64,000 nucleotides of DNA. Origin: a virus. Position 1 is the first letter of the stretch, and every line of letters begins with the position of its first letter. A program made the translations under genes and the position numbers. The DNA lies in the IMG/VR virus record IMGVR_UViG_3300020442_002030, positions 847-64,846 of that record. The stretch is one strand, 5' to 3'. The notes below the pieces were generated by a model. The model worked only from the letters and a program-made list of their open reading frames with translations, did not search any database and was not told where the DNA came from. Positions 29,185 to 38,298 of this stretch are shown here, piece by piece.

Positions 29185-32100
29185 ATGGCAGTATTAAAAA
29201 AATATTCACCCTTACAGAATATACGAAACTATAAGGTCTTTATTGAAGATGGGGATATGGATTCCGCATACTTCAATGTAACTGAATTAGAAAAAACTCT
29301 TACTGGTGGTAAGAATGCATTTCTTTTTGAGGGTAGTCCATTTCTTAGAAAGGGTTCTAAAGTTAGATTCGAAGCATTAGATGTAGAGGGTAATACTCTT
29401 TATATTGAGCCAGGTGTACAATCAGGAAAAACATTTAAAGATGGTACATCAATTGTTATGGCTATTCATATTTATGATGATACTCCGATTGGTATAGGTT
29501 CATTACAAATAGCAGCTGAATTAGAAACTTATATAGATGAAAGAGGTATAGAAAGAAAAGTACCTGAAGAATTCAGAGGAAGGCCAAATATTAGATGGAC
29601 TCAAACATTTAAAATAAATCCTAAACTTCCAAATAAAACTCAAGTAAGATTTTTTAAAAGACCAACATTTTCTGTTACTGAAATAGAAAAACCTCTATTG
29701 GTAAAAACAGAAATGACATTGAACAAATCAGGTTCAGTTATTGGTATACCTGAAGTGCCAGATACGGGTTCTGATTTTTCTACTTGGACTGCTCCATCAC
29801 AATATAGAATAAAATTAGAAGAAGGAAATAAGTTTACTCAATCAATGGAAGAGAACACAACTCTTCAAATTCCTTCTTTGGGATACTCATCATCGGTATT
29901 GGAAGTTGTTAACGCAGATGAGATGTTGGTTAGAAAACCTTATCTTATTAATAATATAGTACACGAATTCCAACCAGTATCTTATTCACTACAATTCGAA
30001 TCTGTAGAAGATGCAGTTGTAACTGGTTCAAATGTTACTGCATCATACGCTGAGATAAGATTAGAAAATCTAAAAACATTTACTGGTGATGTAGCAAGAA
30101 TAAAAATATTTAGGAAATCAAGAAATGATTTAGGAGATTTCCAAGTTGTACAAGAAAATAAATTAGATGCAACTGAGCTACTAAGAGATTTTTCAGTAAA
30201 TGATAGAACTGTAATTAATTATGGTAAACTAAGAAGGGAAAATATAGTATCAGAAGAAGGTGATGTTTACTATACAACATCATCGGGTGTAGAAATACAC
30301 AATGATAAATTAATTAACTCATTAGAAGTAAAAGGAAATCATTCTGTAGAATCAGCTGGTACTATTGGTGAGTTTGAAATAGTAAGTGGTTCTGAGTATT
30401 CATTCAAATATAATGCTAGATACTCTGGTTCAGGAGAATCGGTAAATACAGATACGCTTAGATTCCTAATTGTAACATCATCTAATAATAGTGGTAATCC
30501 TACAGTAACTTCTCAATCTATAGATTTACTTAGTGGTTCTATTGATAGAAACTCAGCTGGATTAGGTAATATCCAAAGAATACAAAAAAACTTTTTTGCA
30601 GAAACAACTGGTAAATGTCAAATTAGAGTAGAAGCAAATACAGCCGCATCAACAGGTAGATTTTTATTTAGTAGATTATCTCTAAAGAATGCTGAAGAAT
30701 CTTCATATTCACCTGATGAATATACTGCGATTGTAGATATTCCAAGAAAGAATCCAACAGAACAATTTGATTTTAGAGTAGAGTTTTATGATATTAATAA
30801 CAACTTTATTCCAATCAAAGTAGAACAAAGTGTACCATTTACAAAGGGTAATCAAGCAATAGGATTAGAAGCATCGATTAACGTAAAGAATAGTGGTATA
30901 GCAGATGCTGGTGATATCTTAAATGTTCAAGGTGGAGTGGTACAGATAGCTAGTACAAATATTCAATCATCAACTATTGCAGGGTTAGGAGACCCAACAA
31001 ACTTTTCAACTGAGTTAGCAGCTGCTACATCATCCTTAAAAATACAAACAACAAATCTACAGATTGCTACCGCATCATTAGGAGCAGATATTACTTCATC
31101 TTTAGCTGCTGGAGCAGTATCAGCATCTAATGCAGCTCAATCAGCATCGTTAGCAGAAGATAAAGCTGATACCGCAATTGTTGGAAATCAAAATGCAGTA
31201 TTGAGTGGTTCAGCAGCTGCTTCAACTGCTCAATCAAATGCTGAAACTTTTGCTACTACGGCAGCAAACAATGCAACTCTTAGTGGTTCATTATCAGCAT
31301 CGATAGCTATTACTGGAAATGAAAATGCAGTATTGAGTGGTTCAGCATTTGCTACCATAACTGGAGATAATTCTGTACTTAGTGGTTCAGCATTCGCATC
31401 AGATGCGGTAACAAGTGGTTCGGAGTTTGCAGCTAATGCAGCTCTATCAGCATCAGCTAGTGGTTCAGTAGACCCATCTACTGGATTAATTACAAAAGCA
31501 GTTGCACCATCGAGTGATGGTTTATATTTAGGTGCATCCAATTTAGGATTTTATGAAAGTGGTCAATGGAGAACCTATATGGATGATGATGGACAATTTT
31601 TCCTAACTGGTAGTAACAATAATAACTATTTAAGGTGGAATGGTACAACATTAGAAATTGGTGGTTCTATTGTATTAACAAATGGTTCACCTGGTGTTGA
31701 TTTAACACCACTTAATGATTTTACTTCATCACAAGATAGTATAAACTCCAACTTAAACTCTGAAACATCTTCAATAAATTCTTCACTTGGAAATATAAAC
31801 GCTGCAACATCATCTTACTTAGGTACTTCTACTCAATTCGATTTTGGTGGAAATGGATTTACATTAGACCCAGTATCAATAAATGGAGCCGGATTATATT
31901 TGGGTTCTGATAAATTAGGATACTATAATAATTCTGAGTGGAAAACCTATATGGATAATAGTGGACAATTTTTCTTAGGTGGTACAAGCGGTAATTTAAC
32001 TTGGGATGGTACTAACTTATTGATAAATGGTACTGTAACAGCAAGTGCTGGATACATAGGAACACCAACAGATGGATTCAATATTAATTCAGATTATATC

Positions 32101-33498
32101 GGTAATGGTAAATCTTCATTAACAGATTCGAATGATGGGGTATATATTGGAACTGATGGTATAGCATTAGGGGCAAGTAGTGTATTTAAAGTTACAGATA
32201 GTGGAAACATAACGGCAACAAATGCTAGTATAACAGGTTCTATTAATGCAGGAAATGGTCAAATAGCTGGTTGGAATTTGGATGGTAATAAATTAGTTTC
32301 CAACAATGAATCAATGAGTTTAGATTCAGCAAACGAAAAAATTACGATTACCGATAGATTAACAATACGAACAGGTGGATTATCTTCAACATCAGCAGGT
32401 TCGGTAAGTGTTACATCGCCAGCTCATACATTTAACTCCCAAACATTTAGTTCACCAGCTGCATTTGATACAACAGAAAATGCTGATTCAAATGGTAGTG
32501 GAACAGTATCATTTACTTCAACAGGAACTTATAGTGTAACACTTACAAATCAATTTGATGCTTCAAATACGTTTAGTGTAAGTAATGGATGGAGTGGTAT
32601 GTTCCAATATAAAACTGTATTACAATTTAGAACAGCAGGTAGTGGTGGTGGTTCATTGATAGGTGAGATAATTTTAGCTCAACAACAAGATTTTCCACCT
32701 GCTACTGGTGGTTCATATAATAAAGATTTAGATACATACACTTCTCAGCAATATTTAAATATGACCCAAACAGGCACAATATATCTTTGGGTAGTTGAGA
32801 AGTATTTTTATCAACCTGCTGATACTTCTATTACTATAACAAAAAACTCATATACAAAATCTACAGTAAGTGGAATTTCATTTGCAAAACAAAATACATT
32901 TTCAGAAGTTACTGAGTATGGATTTTTAGCAGCTAGAAGTGCTACAAACTTTGTTAAGTTAACCACATTAGAAAATCAAGTATTACAAGCTGAAGGTGAA
33001 TCGATACTTAATGGAACAGTTAGAGTAGAAGATGATAACCAATATGATTTAGGAGACCCAAGTAATAGATGGGATGATGTATATGCAACCAATGCTACAA
33101 TTCAAACATCTGATAGAAATGATAAAACTCACATTAGTGGTTCTGATTTAGGATTAGATTTTATAAATGATTTAAGACCTGTAAAGTATAAATGGATTAG
33201 TGGAAGTAGATATCATTATGGATTAGTTGCTCAAGAAGTATCAGAATCGCTTCAATCCTCTTCAATACATACTGATGATTTTGCAGGATATATTGAAAAC
33301 GAAATATGGGAAAGTGGTAGTCACGAATGGACAATCGATTCAATAAATGAATACGGATGGGATACTGGAAGTTTTACATATAGTAGACAATCATTAGGAT
33401 TGAGATATTCAGAAATGATTTCACCAATGATTAAAGCAATCCAAGAGTTATCAGCAAAGGTGGTACAACTAGAAAATCAAATAAGCGGTTCTGAGTGA
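29185..33498 (+). CDS. Tail fibre/spike with C-terminal intramolecular chaperone (Peptidase S74)
   Basis: C-terminal TSDRNDKT..LGLDFINDLRPVKYKW..GLVAQEV..LRYSEMISPMIKAIQEL; internal Ala/Ser repeats and duplicated beta modules. Confidence 0.85.
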   Translation: MAVLKKYSPLQNIRNYKVFIEDGDMDSAYFNVTELEKTLTGGKNAFLFEGSPFLRKGSKVRFEALDVEGNTLYIEPGVQSGKTFKDGTSIVMAIHIYDDTPIGIGSLQIAAELETYIDERGIERKVPEEFRGRPNIRWTQTFKINPKLPNKTQVRFFKRPTFSVTEIEKPLLVKTEMTLNKSGSVIGIPEVPDTGSDFSTWTAPSQYRIKLEEGNKFTQSMEENTTLQIPSLGYSSSVLEVVNADEMLVRKPYLINNIVHEFQPVSYSLQFESVEDAVVTGSNVTASYAEIRLENLKTFTGDVARIKIFRKSRNDLGDFQVVQENKLDATELLRDFSVNDRTVINYGKLRRENIVSEEGDVYYTTSSGVEIHNDKLINSLEVKGNHSVESAGTIGEFEIVSGSEYSFKYNARYSGSGESVNTDTLRFLIVTSSNNSGNPTVTSQSIDLLSGSIDRNSAGLGNIQRIQKNFFAETTGKCQIRVEANTAASTGRFLFSRLSLKNAEESSYSPDEYTAIVDIPRKNPTEQFDFRVEFYDINNNFIPIKVEQSVPFTKGNQAIGLEASINVKNSGIADAGDILNVQGGVVQIASTNIQSSTIAGLGDPTNFSTELAAATSSLKIQTTNLQIATASLGADITSSLAAGAVSASNAAQSASLAEDKADTAIVGNQNAVLSGSAAASTAQSNAETFATTAANNATLSGSLSASIAITGNENAVLSGSAFATITGDNSVLSGSAFASDAVTSGSEFAANAALSASASGSVDPSTGLITKAVAPSSDGLYLGASNLGFYESGQWRTYMDDDGQFFLTGSNNNNYLRWNGTTLEIGGSIVLTNGSPGVDLTPLNDFTSSQDSINSNLNSETSSINSSLGNINAATSSYLGTSTQFDFGGNGFTLDPVSINGAGLYLGSDKLGYYNNSEWKTYMDNSGQFFLGGTSGNLTWDGTNLLINGTVTASAGYIGTPTDGFNINSDYIGNGKSSLTDSNDGVYIGTDGIALGASSVFKVTDSGNITATNASITGSINAGNGQIAGWNLDGNKLVSNNESMSLDSANEKITITDRLTIRTGGLSSTSAGSVSVTSPAHTFNSQTFSSPAAFDTTENADSNGSGTVSFTSTGTYSVTLTNQFDASNTFSVSNGWSGMFQYKTVLQFRTAGSGGGSLIGEIILAQQQDFPPATGGSYNKDLDTYTSQQYLNMTQTGTIYLWVVEKYFYQPADTSITITKNSYTKSTVSGISFAKQNTFSEVTEYGFLAARSATNFVKLTTLENQVLQAEGESILNGTVRVEDDNQYDLGDPSNRWDDVYATNATIQTSDRNDKTHISGSDLGLDFINDLRPVKYKWISGSRYHYGLVAQEVSESLQSSSIHTDDFAGYIENEIWESGSHEWTIDSINEYGWDTGSFTYSRQSLGLRYSEMISPMIKAIQELSAKVVQLENQISGSE
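31190..31347 (+). repeat. 26-bp exact direct repeat within the tail-fibre SGS repeat tract
   Basis: AAAATGCAGTATTGAGTGGTTCAGCA at 31190-31215 and 31322-31347 (encodes NAVLSGSA). Confidence 0.85.
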
Positions 33499-34481
33499 AA
33501 TTATTAGTAACAACTGGTTTCGGAAATATCATACAAGGTGGAGCTGATGTATGGACAAATCATTTTATTGATTTAGTACTTCCACAACTTTCAGATGATT
33601 ATTTTATCTTTGTAGATGGTAGAAAACCTGTTGGATTTGAAACATCTTTAACAAATTATCATTTTCATTACGATAATCCTAAAAAATCAGAACAACTTTT
33701 AGAAGATTGTGAAGAAATCCACTTCTTACATGCGAATTATCACAAAAGAGAACATCTTTGGAAACATAAAGATAAATGGGGTAATATATTTGTACATGCA
33801 TATTTACCCGATATGTTAAAGTATGGTGATTCTACAAAACAATTTCAAACTAACATAGATACTAAAGCAGTTGATGATTTGATGAAGTATTGTAAACAAA
33901 GAATTTGGATAGGATTAACAGATTCACAATTATTTACAGATTATCCTGATAATACCATAACAATTCCAAACTTTTATGAATTTAAAGAAGATTTGTTATT
34001 AGAAAAATTATCAGATTCTAAAATTGGATTTACTTCTCGTATTGAATCTCGTAAAAATGTTCATTATTTGGATAATCATAGAGGATTTGTTTTAAGTGGC
34101 AAATACGATTGGAAAAATATAGTAGAAACAAATCAGTATAACTTTAGTGGTATAAAATTTTATCAATGGGACTCTGAGATATTAGATTTATTTATGTGTA
34201 AAGATTGGAGTATCTCACATTCTTGCCACACCAATGAACCTTTTGGATATTCAATCTTTCAAGCCGTTGATTATGGAAAACTTCCGATACTACATTCCGA
34301 TTGGGGAGATGTAGATTACAAATATAGAGCATCATCAAAAGAAGAGTTTGATTCTATGGTAGAAATCATATGTAGAGATTCTTACGCAGAACTATTAGAA
34401 AATTGGATGAGATTATCTGAATGGATGCTTAAATACTCCAATAAATGGAAGTGGAGAGATGAGATAAAAAATCTATTTTAA
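33495..34481 (+). CDS. GT-B (GT4-like) glycosyltransferase
   Basis: GFTSRIESRKN and NEPFGYSIFQAVDYGKLPIL (E-x7-E-like motif); GTG start overlapping the upstream TGA. Confidence 0.7.
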   Translation: MKLLVTTGFGNIIQGGADVWTNHFIDLVLPQLSDDYFIFVDGRKPVGFETSLTNYHFHYDNPKKSEQLLEDCEEIHFLHANYHKREHLWKHKDKWGNIFVHAYLPDMLKYGDSTKQFQTNIDTKAVDDLMKYCKQRIWIGLTDSQLFTDYPDNTITIPNFYEFKEDLLLEKLSDSKIGFTSRIESRKNVHYLDNHRGFVLSGKYDWKNIVETNQYNFSGIKFYQWDSEILDLFMCKDWSISHSCHTNEPFGYSIFQAVDYGKLPILHSDWGDVDYKYRASSKEEFDSMVEIICRDSYAELLENWMRLSEWMLKYSNKWKWRDEIKNLF

Positions 34482-34506
34482 TTTTTTCCGTTTTCTATAT
34501 TTTTAT

Positions 34507-34515
34507 ATATTTATA
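34507..34515 (+). promoter_or_regulatory. ATATTTATA putative late promoter heading the glycan operon
   Basis: Exact motif in gap 34482-34538. Confidence 0.6.
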
Positions 34516-34538
34516 TACAACACCATAATCTAAACCAA

Positions 34539-35318
34539 ATGTCTTTACTTAATTTAGGTTTAATAGAAAAATACATATCAAACAATCAAGTCAAAAAAAG
34601 GGATACGAATGGTAAACCTTTTACTGATATTGTACCTGTTCCATATAGATGGACACATGGAGCAACTGATTTACATTTAGGTGATGGTATGATTATATAT
34701 TCTACCATACAAATGATGAGAGCAAAGGTATGTGTATGTTTAGGAAGTGGTGGTGGATTTATTCCTCGTATAATGACACAAGCGAGAGTAGATTTGCATG
34801 ACCAAAAAATATTTACAGGTCTAAAACAGATGGAGTGGGGTGATTGTGGTACTACATTCGTAGTTGATGCAGATAACGGAGTAGGAGGGTTTACTGATTG
34901 GACGGATAAACGTTCATTCTTTAGAAAAAACTTCGATTGTAGAGTTATCTTAGATACCACCGAAAACGCATTTTATAACTTCTTTGTTAAGGAAGATATA
35001 AAGATAGATTACCTACACATAGATGCGGGTCATTCGTATGATGATGTTAAAAATGATTTTACTCTTTACTCAAGTATCTTATCGGATTATGGTGTAATTT
35101 CAATCCACGATACAGATGAATCTTTTGAAAAAGAACTCATCGTAACAGAAGATGTAAAAGAAAAAAACCATCATGCTCCATTTGATGGACCTAATAAACT
35201 CATAAAAGAACTAAAAGAAAGTAACGAATGGGAACTTTTCAATTTCTTCAACAACGGAGTGATGAAAGAAAAACCATCTACAACTGGGTTGACACTGATA
35301 CAAAGATGCAGGATTTAA
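34539..35318 (+). CDS. Class I SAM-dependent methyltransferase (Methyltransf_24-like)
   Basis: CVCLGSGGGF; IDYLHIDAGHSYDDVKND; GVISIHD. Confidence 0.8.
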   Translation: MSLLNLGLIEKYISNNQVKKRDTNGKPFTDIVPVPYRWTHGATDLHLGDGMIIYSTIQMMRAKVCVCLGSGGGFIPRIMTQARVDLHDQKIFTGLKQMEWGDCGTTFVVDADNGVGGFTDWTDKRSFFRKNFDCRVILDTTENAFYNFFVKEDIKIDYLHIDAGHSYDDVKNDFTLYSSILSDYGVISIHDTDESFEKELIVTEDVKEKNHHAPFDGPNKLIKELKESNEWELFNFFNNGVMKEKPSTTGLTLIQRCRI

Positions 35319-36166
35319 ACTTAGTAACTGTAGTTGGACATAACATCACTATGTTACCACATATGTTGGAATACTATCAGCAATTTGTGGAGAAAAAAAA
35401 TATCTTTATCGTAGTTTATCGACAAGATGAAAACGATGGGATATTAGAACAAATTGAAAACTTGGGATTGACTCCTTACAAAGTAGTAACCGAACCAAAG
35501 TTTCATTGGGAAAAAGTAACTGAACTTTATAATGAAGTAAAGATGACTAAACCAAACGATTGGTGGATTGTATCGGATGATGATGAAATTCAGATTTATC
35601 CAAAACCAATTGAAGAAATGATTGATGAATGTGAAGTAAAAGGATGGGAGTTTATCACAGGTGGATTCTTGGATAGGATTGGAGAGGATGGGAGTTTTCC
35701 CATCGTAGATAGCGAAACTAATATATGGGAAGTATTTCCATATAGTGGTTTTTTTAGGTATCCACTTAGTGGAGCTTGTCCAAACAAAGTGTGTGTAATG
35801 AAAGGAAAGATTCAAATAACAAACGGACAGCATTATGCACACATTGATGGAAAAGATGTGTGGGGTAAAGAGGGTGTAGAACATCCACTTAGATATCCAC
35901 CAGGTAGAGGTGAAGGATTTATACAAGTTCATCACTTCAAATGGGATTCAACTGTTTTAGAACGATTAAAAGAAGTTTCAGAAACAGAAGAAGATTACAC
36001 TTTTTGGAAAGAATACAAAAAGATGTACAAAGCAATCGAAGTTTTCGATTGGAAAATTGATATTAATAATCCGTTATTCGGTTTAGTTAGAAATATACCG
36101 ATTCAAAATGAACATTGGGATTATCAGTATTGGAATAGATTAACAAAAGGAATATTAAAAATTTAA
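35306..36166 (+). CDS. GT-A (GT2-like) glycosyltransferase
   Basis: WWIVSDDDE DxD motif; VHHFKW. ATG 35306 (MQDLNLVTVVG) is preferred over the tracked start 35228. Confidence 0.7.
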   Translation: MQDLNLVTVVGHNITMLPHMLEYYQQFVEKKNIFIVVYRQDENDGILEQIENLGLTPYKVVTEPKFHWEKVTELYNEVKMTKPNDWWIVSDDDEIQIYPKPIEEMIDECEVKGWEFITGGFLDRIGEDGSFPIVDSETNIWEVFPYSGFFRYPLSGACPNKVCVMKGKIQITNGQHYAHIDGKDVWGKEGVEHPLRYPPGRGEGFIQVHHFKWDSTVLERLKEVSETEEDYTFWKEYKKMYKAIEVFDWKIDINNPLFGLVRNIPIQNEHWDYQYWNRLTKGILKI

Positions 36167-36170
36167 AATT

Positions 36171-36395
36171 ATGGCAAAGAAAGCAGCAAAAGTAGAAGAA
36201 GCAAGTATCTCAGCTAATGGTGGAGGTTTTGACCCTATTTTAGAGGAAAGAAAAGTAAAAGCATTAGAAAAGATAGCTAACTCAGTAGATGCACTTACTT
36301 TATGGTTTGAAGAAATCGATAAAGAAGAATGGGGACCAAGAATGGAATGGTATTTATCGTTATGGAAAGATAAGTACATAGGTAAGGATGAATAA
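36171..36395 (+). CDS. Small hypothetical protein
   Basis: 74-aa ORF that fills the space between coupled genes. Confidence 0.6.
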   Translation: MAKKAAKVEEASISANGGGFDPILEERKVKALEKIANSVDALTLWFEEIDKEEWGPRMEWYLSLWKDKYIGKDE

Positions 36396-37812
36396 ATTAG
36401 GTATCATAGTACCTTACAGAAATCGATTCGAGCATCTTAAAAAATTCAAAAAATCTATTATAGATTATTTGGATTCAAATTCTTATGAAAATTATGTTGT
36501 AATAATTGTAGAGCAAGATGATGCAAGATTATTCAATCGTGGAATGCTTTTAAATATTGGATTTGAAGAAGCTGAAAAACAGGGTTGTGATTATGTAGTT
36601 TTTCACGATGTAGATATGTTACCGATTTATGTAAACTATTCATATCATAGTAAACCTCTTCATTTAGCTACTAATTTTGTATTGGATGATGAAGAAAAAG
36701 AAAGAACAATCTTTGATGAATATTTTGGCGGAGTAACAATGTTTCCTGTTGATACATTTAAAAAAATAGATGGTTACTCTAACAAATACTGGGGATGGGG
36801 TTATGAAGATGATGATTTACGATTTAGATGTGAAGAAAAAAATATACCTTTAAAAATTAAGAAAATTAAAAACTATAAACCGATTGGTAAATCTTTAAAG
36901 TTAAATGGAATAAACGCCTATGTAAAGGTAAAAAATACTATAGATTTTAGAAGTAGTTTTTCTATATTTATTTCTTTTTATCCAGACAAATTATATTTAA
37001 ATCACAAAAAGAAATCAGATGAATTTACGGCATTTAGTATTCCTGGTTATGATTTAGCATTAGGTTACACATCGTTTTCAAGATATAATTTTTGCTTCTT
37101 TGATTCACAACTAAAACCATATTATGTTAATTCAACTATTAAAAAGAATCATAAAACAAATATGATGATAGTATTTAATTCAGTTGATAAAAAAGTAAAA
37201 ATTTATCAAGATGGTGAACTGATTGGTGAAACAGAAGAATATAGAAAGTTATTTCCATATCACAAAGAAGAACATTATTATTTAGGAGTTGGTAATCCAA
37301 TCAGAGAAGAAATACCTAATTTTTTTAAAGGATATATAAATTCATTTGCACAATGGAACACACCTTTATCAGAAGATGAGGTAAAACATTATTCATCATT
37401 AGAAAGTGAGTTATTAAATCATAATTACAAAAATTATAATTCTTTGGAATATCTAAATGTATATTATGATGCAAATCATATAAAAGATTATAAACTGATA
37501 GATATTTCAGAAAATGGAAATGAAGGTGAAATTATTAATTGTGAAATAGTAGATTTAGATATACCAAAATATACAAATGTAAAAATACCATATAGAAGAA
37601 AGGGTTTATTTAAATCATTAAAACATGATGAAAATGGATTCGATGGGCAGCAGTGGAAAGATAAATCTACAAGATATAATCAACTAAGATTTTTAAATGA
37701 AGTATCTAATCACCCATCTTTAATAAACAATGATGGATTATCTACATTAAAATATCACACTTATGGTAAAAGTGAAGAAAATAATATAATACATATGAAT
37801 GTTGGAATTTAA
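36388..37812 (+). CDS. GT7 (beta-1,4-galactosyltransferase-like) with inserted LamG domain
   Basis: IIVPYRNR, FNRGMLLNIG, FHDVDMLP, YFGGV, GYSNKYWGWGYEDDD, then a ~230-aa ConA/LamG-like insert, then KSLKH...DGLSTLKY. Confidence 0.85.
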   Translation: MNKLGIIVPYRNRFEHLKKFKKSIIDYLDSNSYENYVVIIVEQDDARLFNRGMLLNIGFEEAEKQGCDYVVFHDVDMLPIYVNYSYHSKPLHLATNFVLDDEEKERTIFDEYFGGVTMFPVDTFKKIDGYSNKYWGWGYEDDDLRFRCEEKNIPLKIKKIKNYKPIGKSLKLNGINAYVKVKNTIDFRSSFSIFISFYPDKLYLNHKKKSDEFTAFSIPGYDLALGYTSFSRYNFCFFDSQLKPYYVNSTIKKNHKTNMMIVFNSVDKKVKIYQDGELIGETEEYRKLFPYHKEEHYYLGVGNPIREEIPNFFKGYINSFAQWNTPLSEDEVKHYSSLESELLNHNYKNYNSLEYLNVYYDANHIKDYKLIDISENGNEGEIINCEIVDLDIPKYTNVKIPYRRKGLFKSLKHDENGFDGQQWKDKSTRYNQLRFLNEVSNHPSLINNDGLSTLKYHTYGKSEENNIIHMNVGI

Positions 37813-37821
37813 AATTAACTT

Positions 37822-38298
37822 ATGAAAGAACAAAAACAAATAGTAGGATTTACTGCAGGAAATTTTGATTTAATTCATCCGGGTTACGTTTATACGTTTG
37901 AAGCAGCTAAACAACATTGTGATAAATTCATAGTGTTTTTACATAGAGACCCATCTGAACATAGAAAATCAAAATACAAACCTGTTATTCCTATACACGA
38001 AAGATATCGTACATTGATGGCTATAAGATACATCGATGAAGTTTATGTATATCAAACAGAAGAAGAACTCAGAGGATTAATAGAGTTTTTTAAACCCGAT
38101 ATAAGAATCTTAGGTGAAGATTATATTGGTAAATCATTTACAGGTGATGACTTACCACCAAAGGTTGTATATACAACTCGAGCACATGGTTGGTCAACAA
38201 CTAAGATGAAGGATATGATTGCTATGCAAACAATCAAACAAAATCCTGAAATAAAAGAAGCAGCAGAGTTTTTTGAAAGAAAAATGGAAATGGATTAA
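37822..38298 (+). CDS. Cytidylyltransferase, TagD/RfaE-II-like (HIGH family)
   Basis: AGNFDLIHPGY; ERYRTLMAIRYIDEV; KPDIRILGEDY; WSTT. Confidence 0.85.
   Translation: MKEQKQIVGFTAGNFDLIHPGYVYTFEAAKQHCDKFIVFLHRDPSEHRKSKYKPVIPIHERYRTLMAIRYIDEVYVYQTEEELRGLIEFFKPDIRILGEDYIGKSFTGDDLPPKVVYTTRAHGWSTTKMKDMIAMQTIKQNPEIKEAAEFFERKMEMD

Noticed and set aside
35228-35305. Longer upstream starts in the track (35228, 44476, 45383, 47687, 61719, 42288, 18640)
   Set aside because: They produce longer overlaps with the upstream gene; downstream ATGs give tighter coupling and domain-appropriate N-termini.
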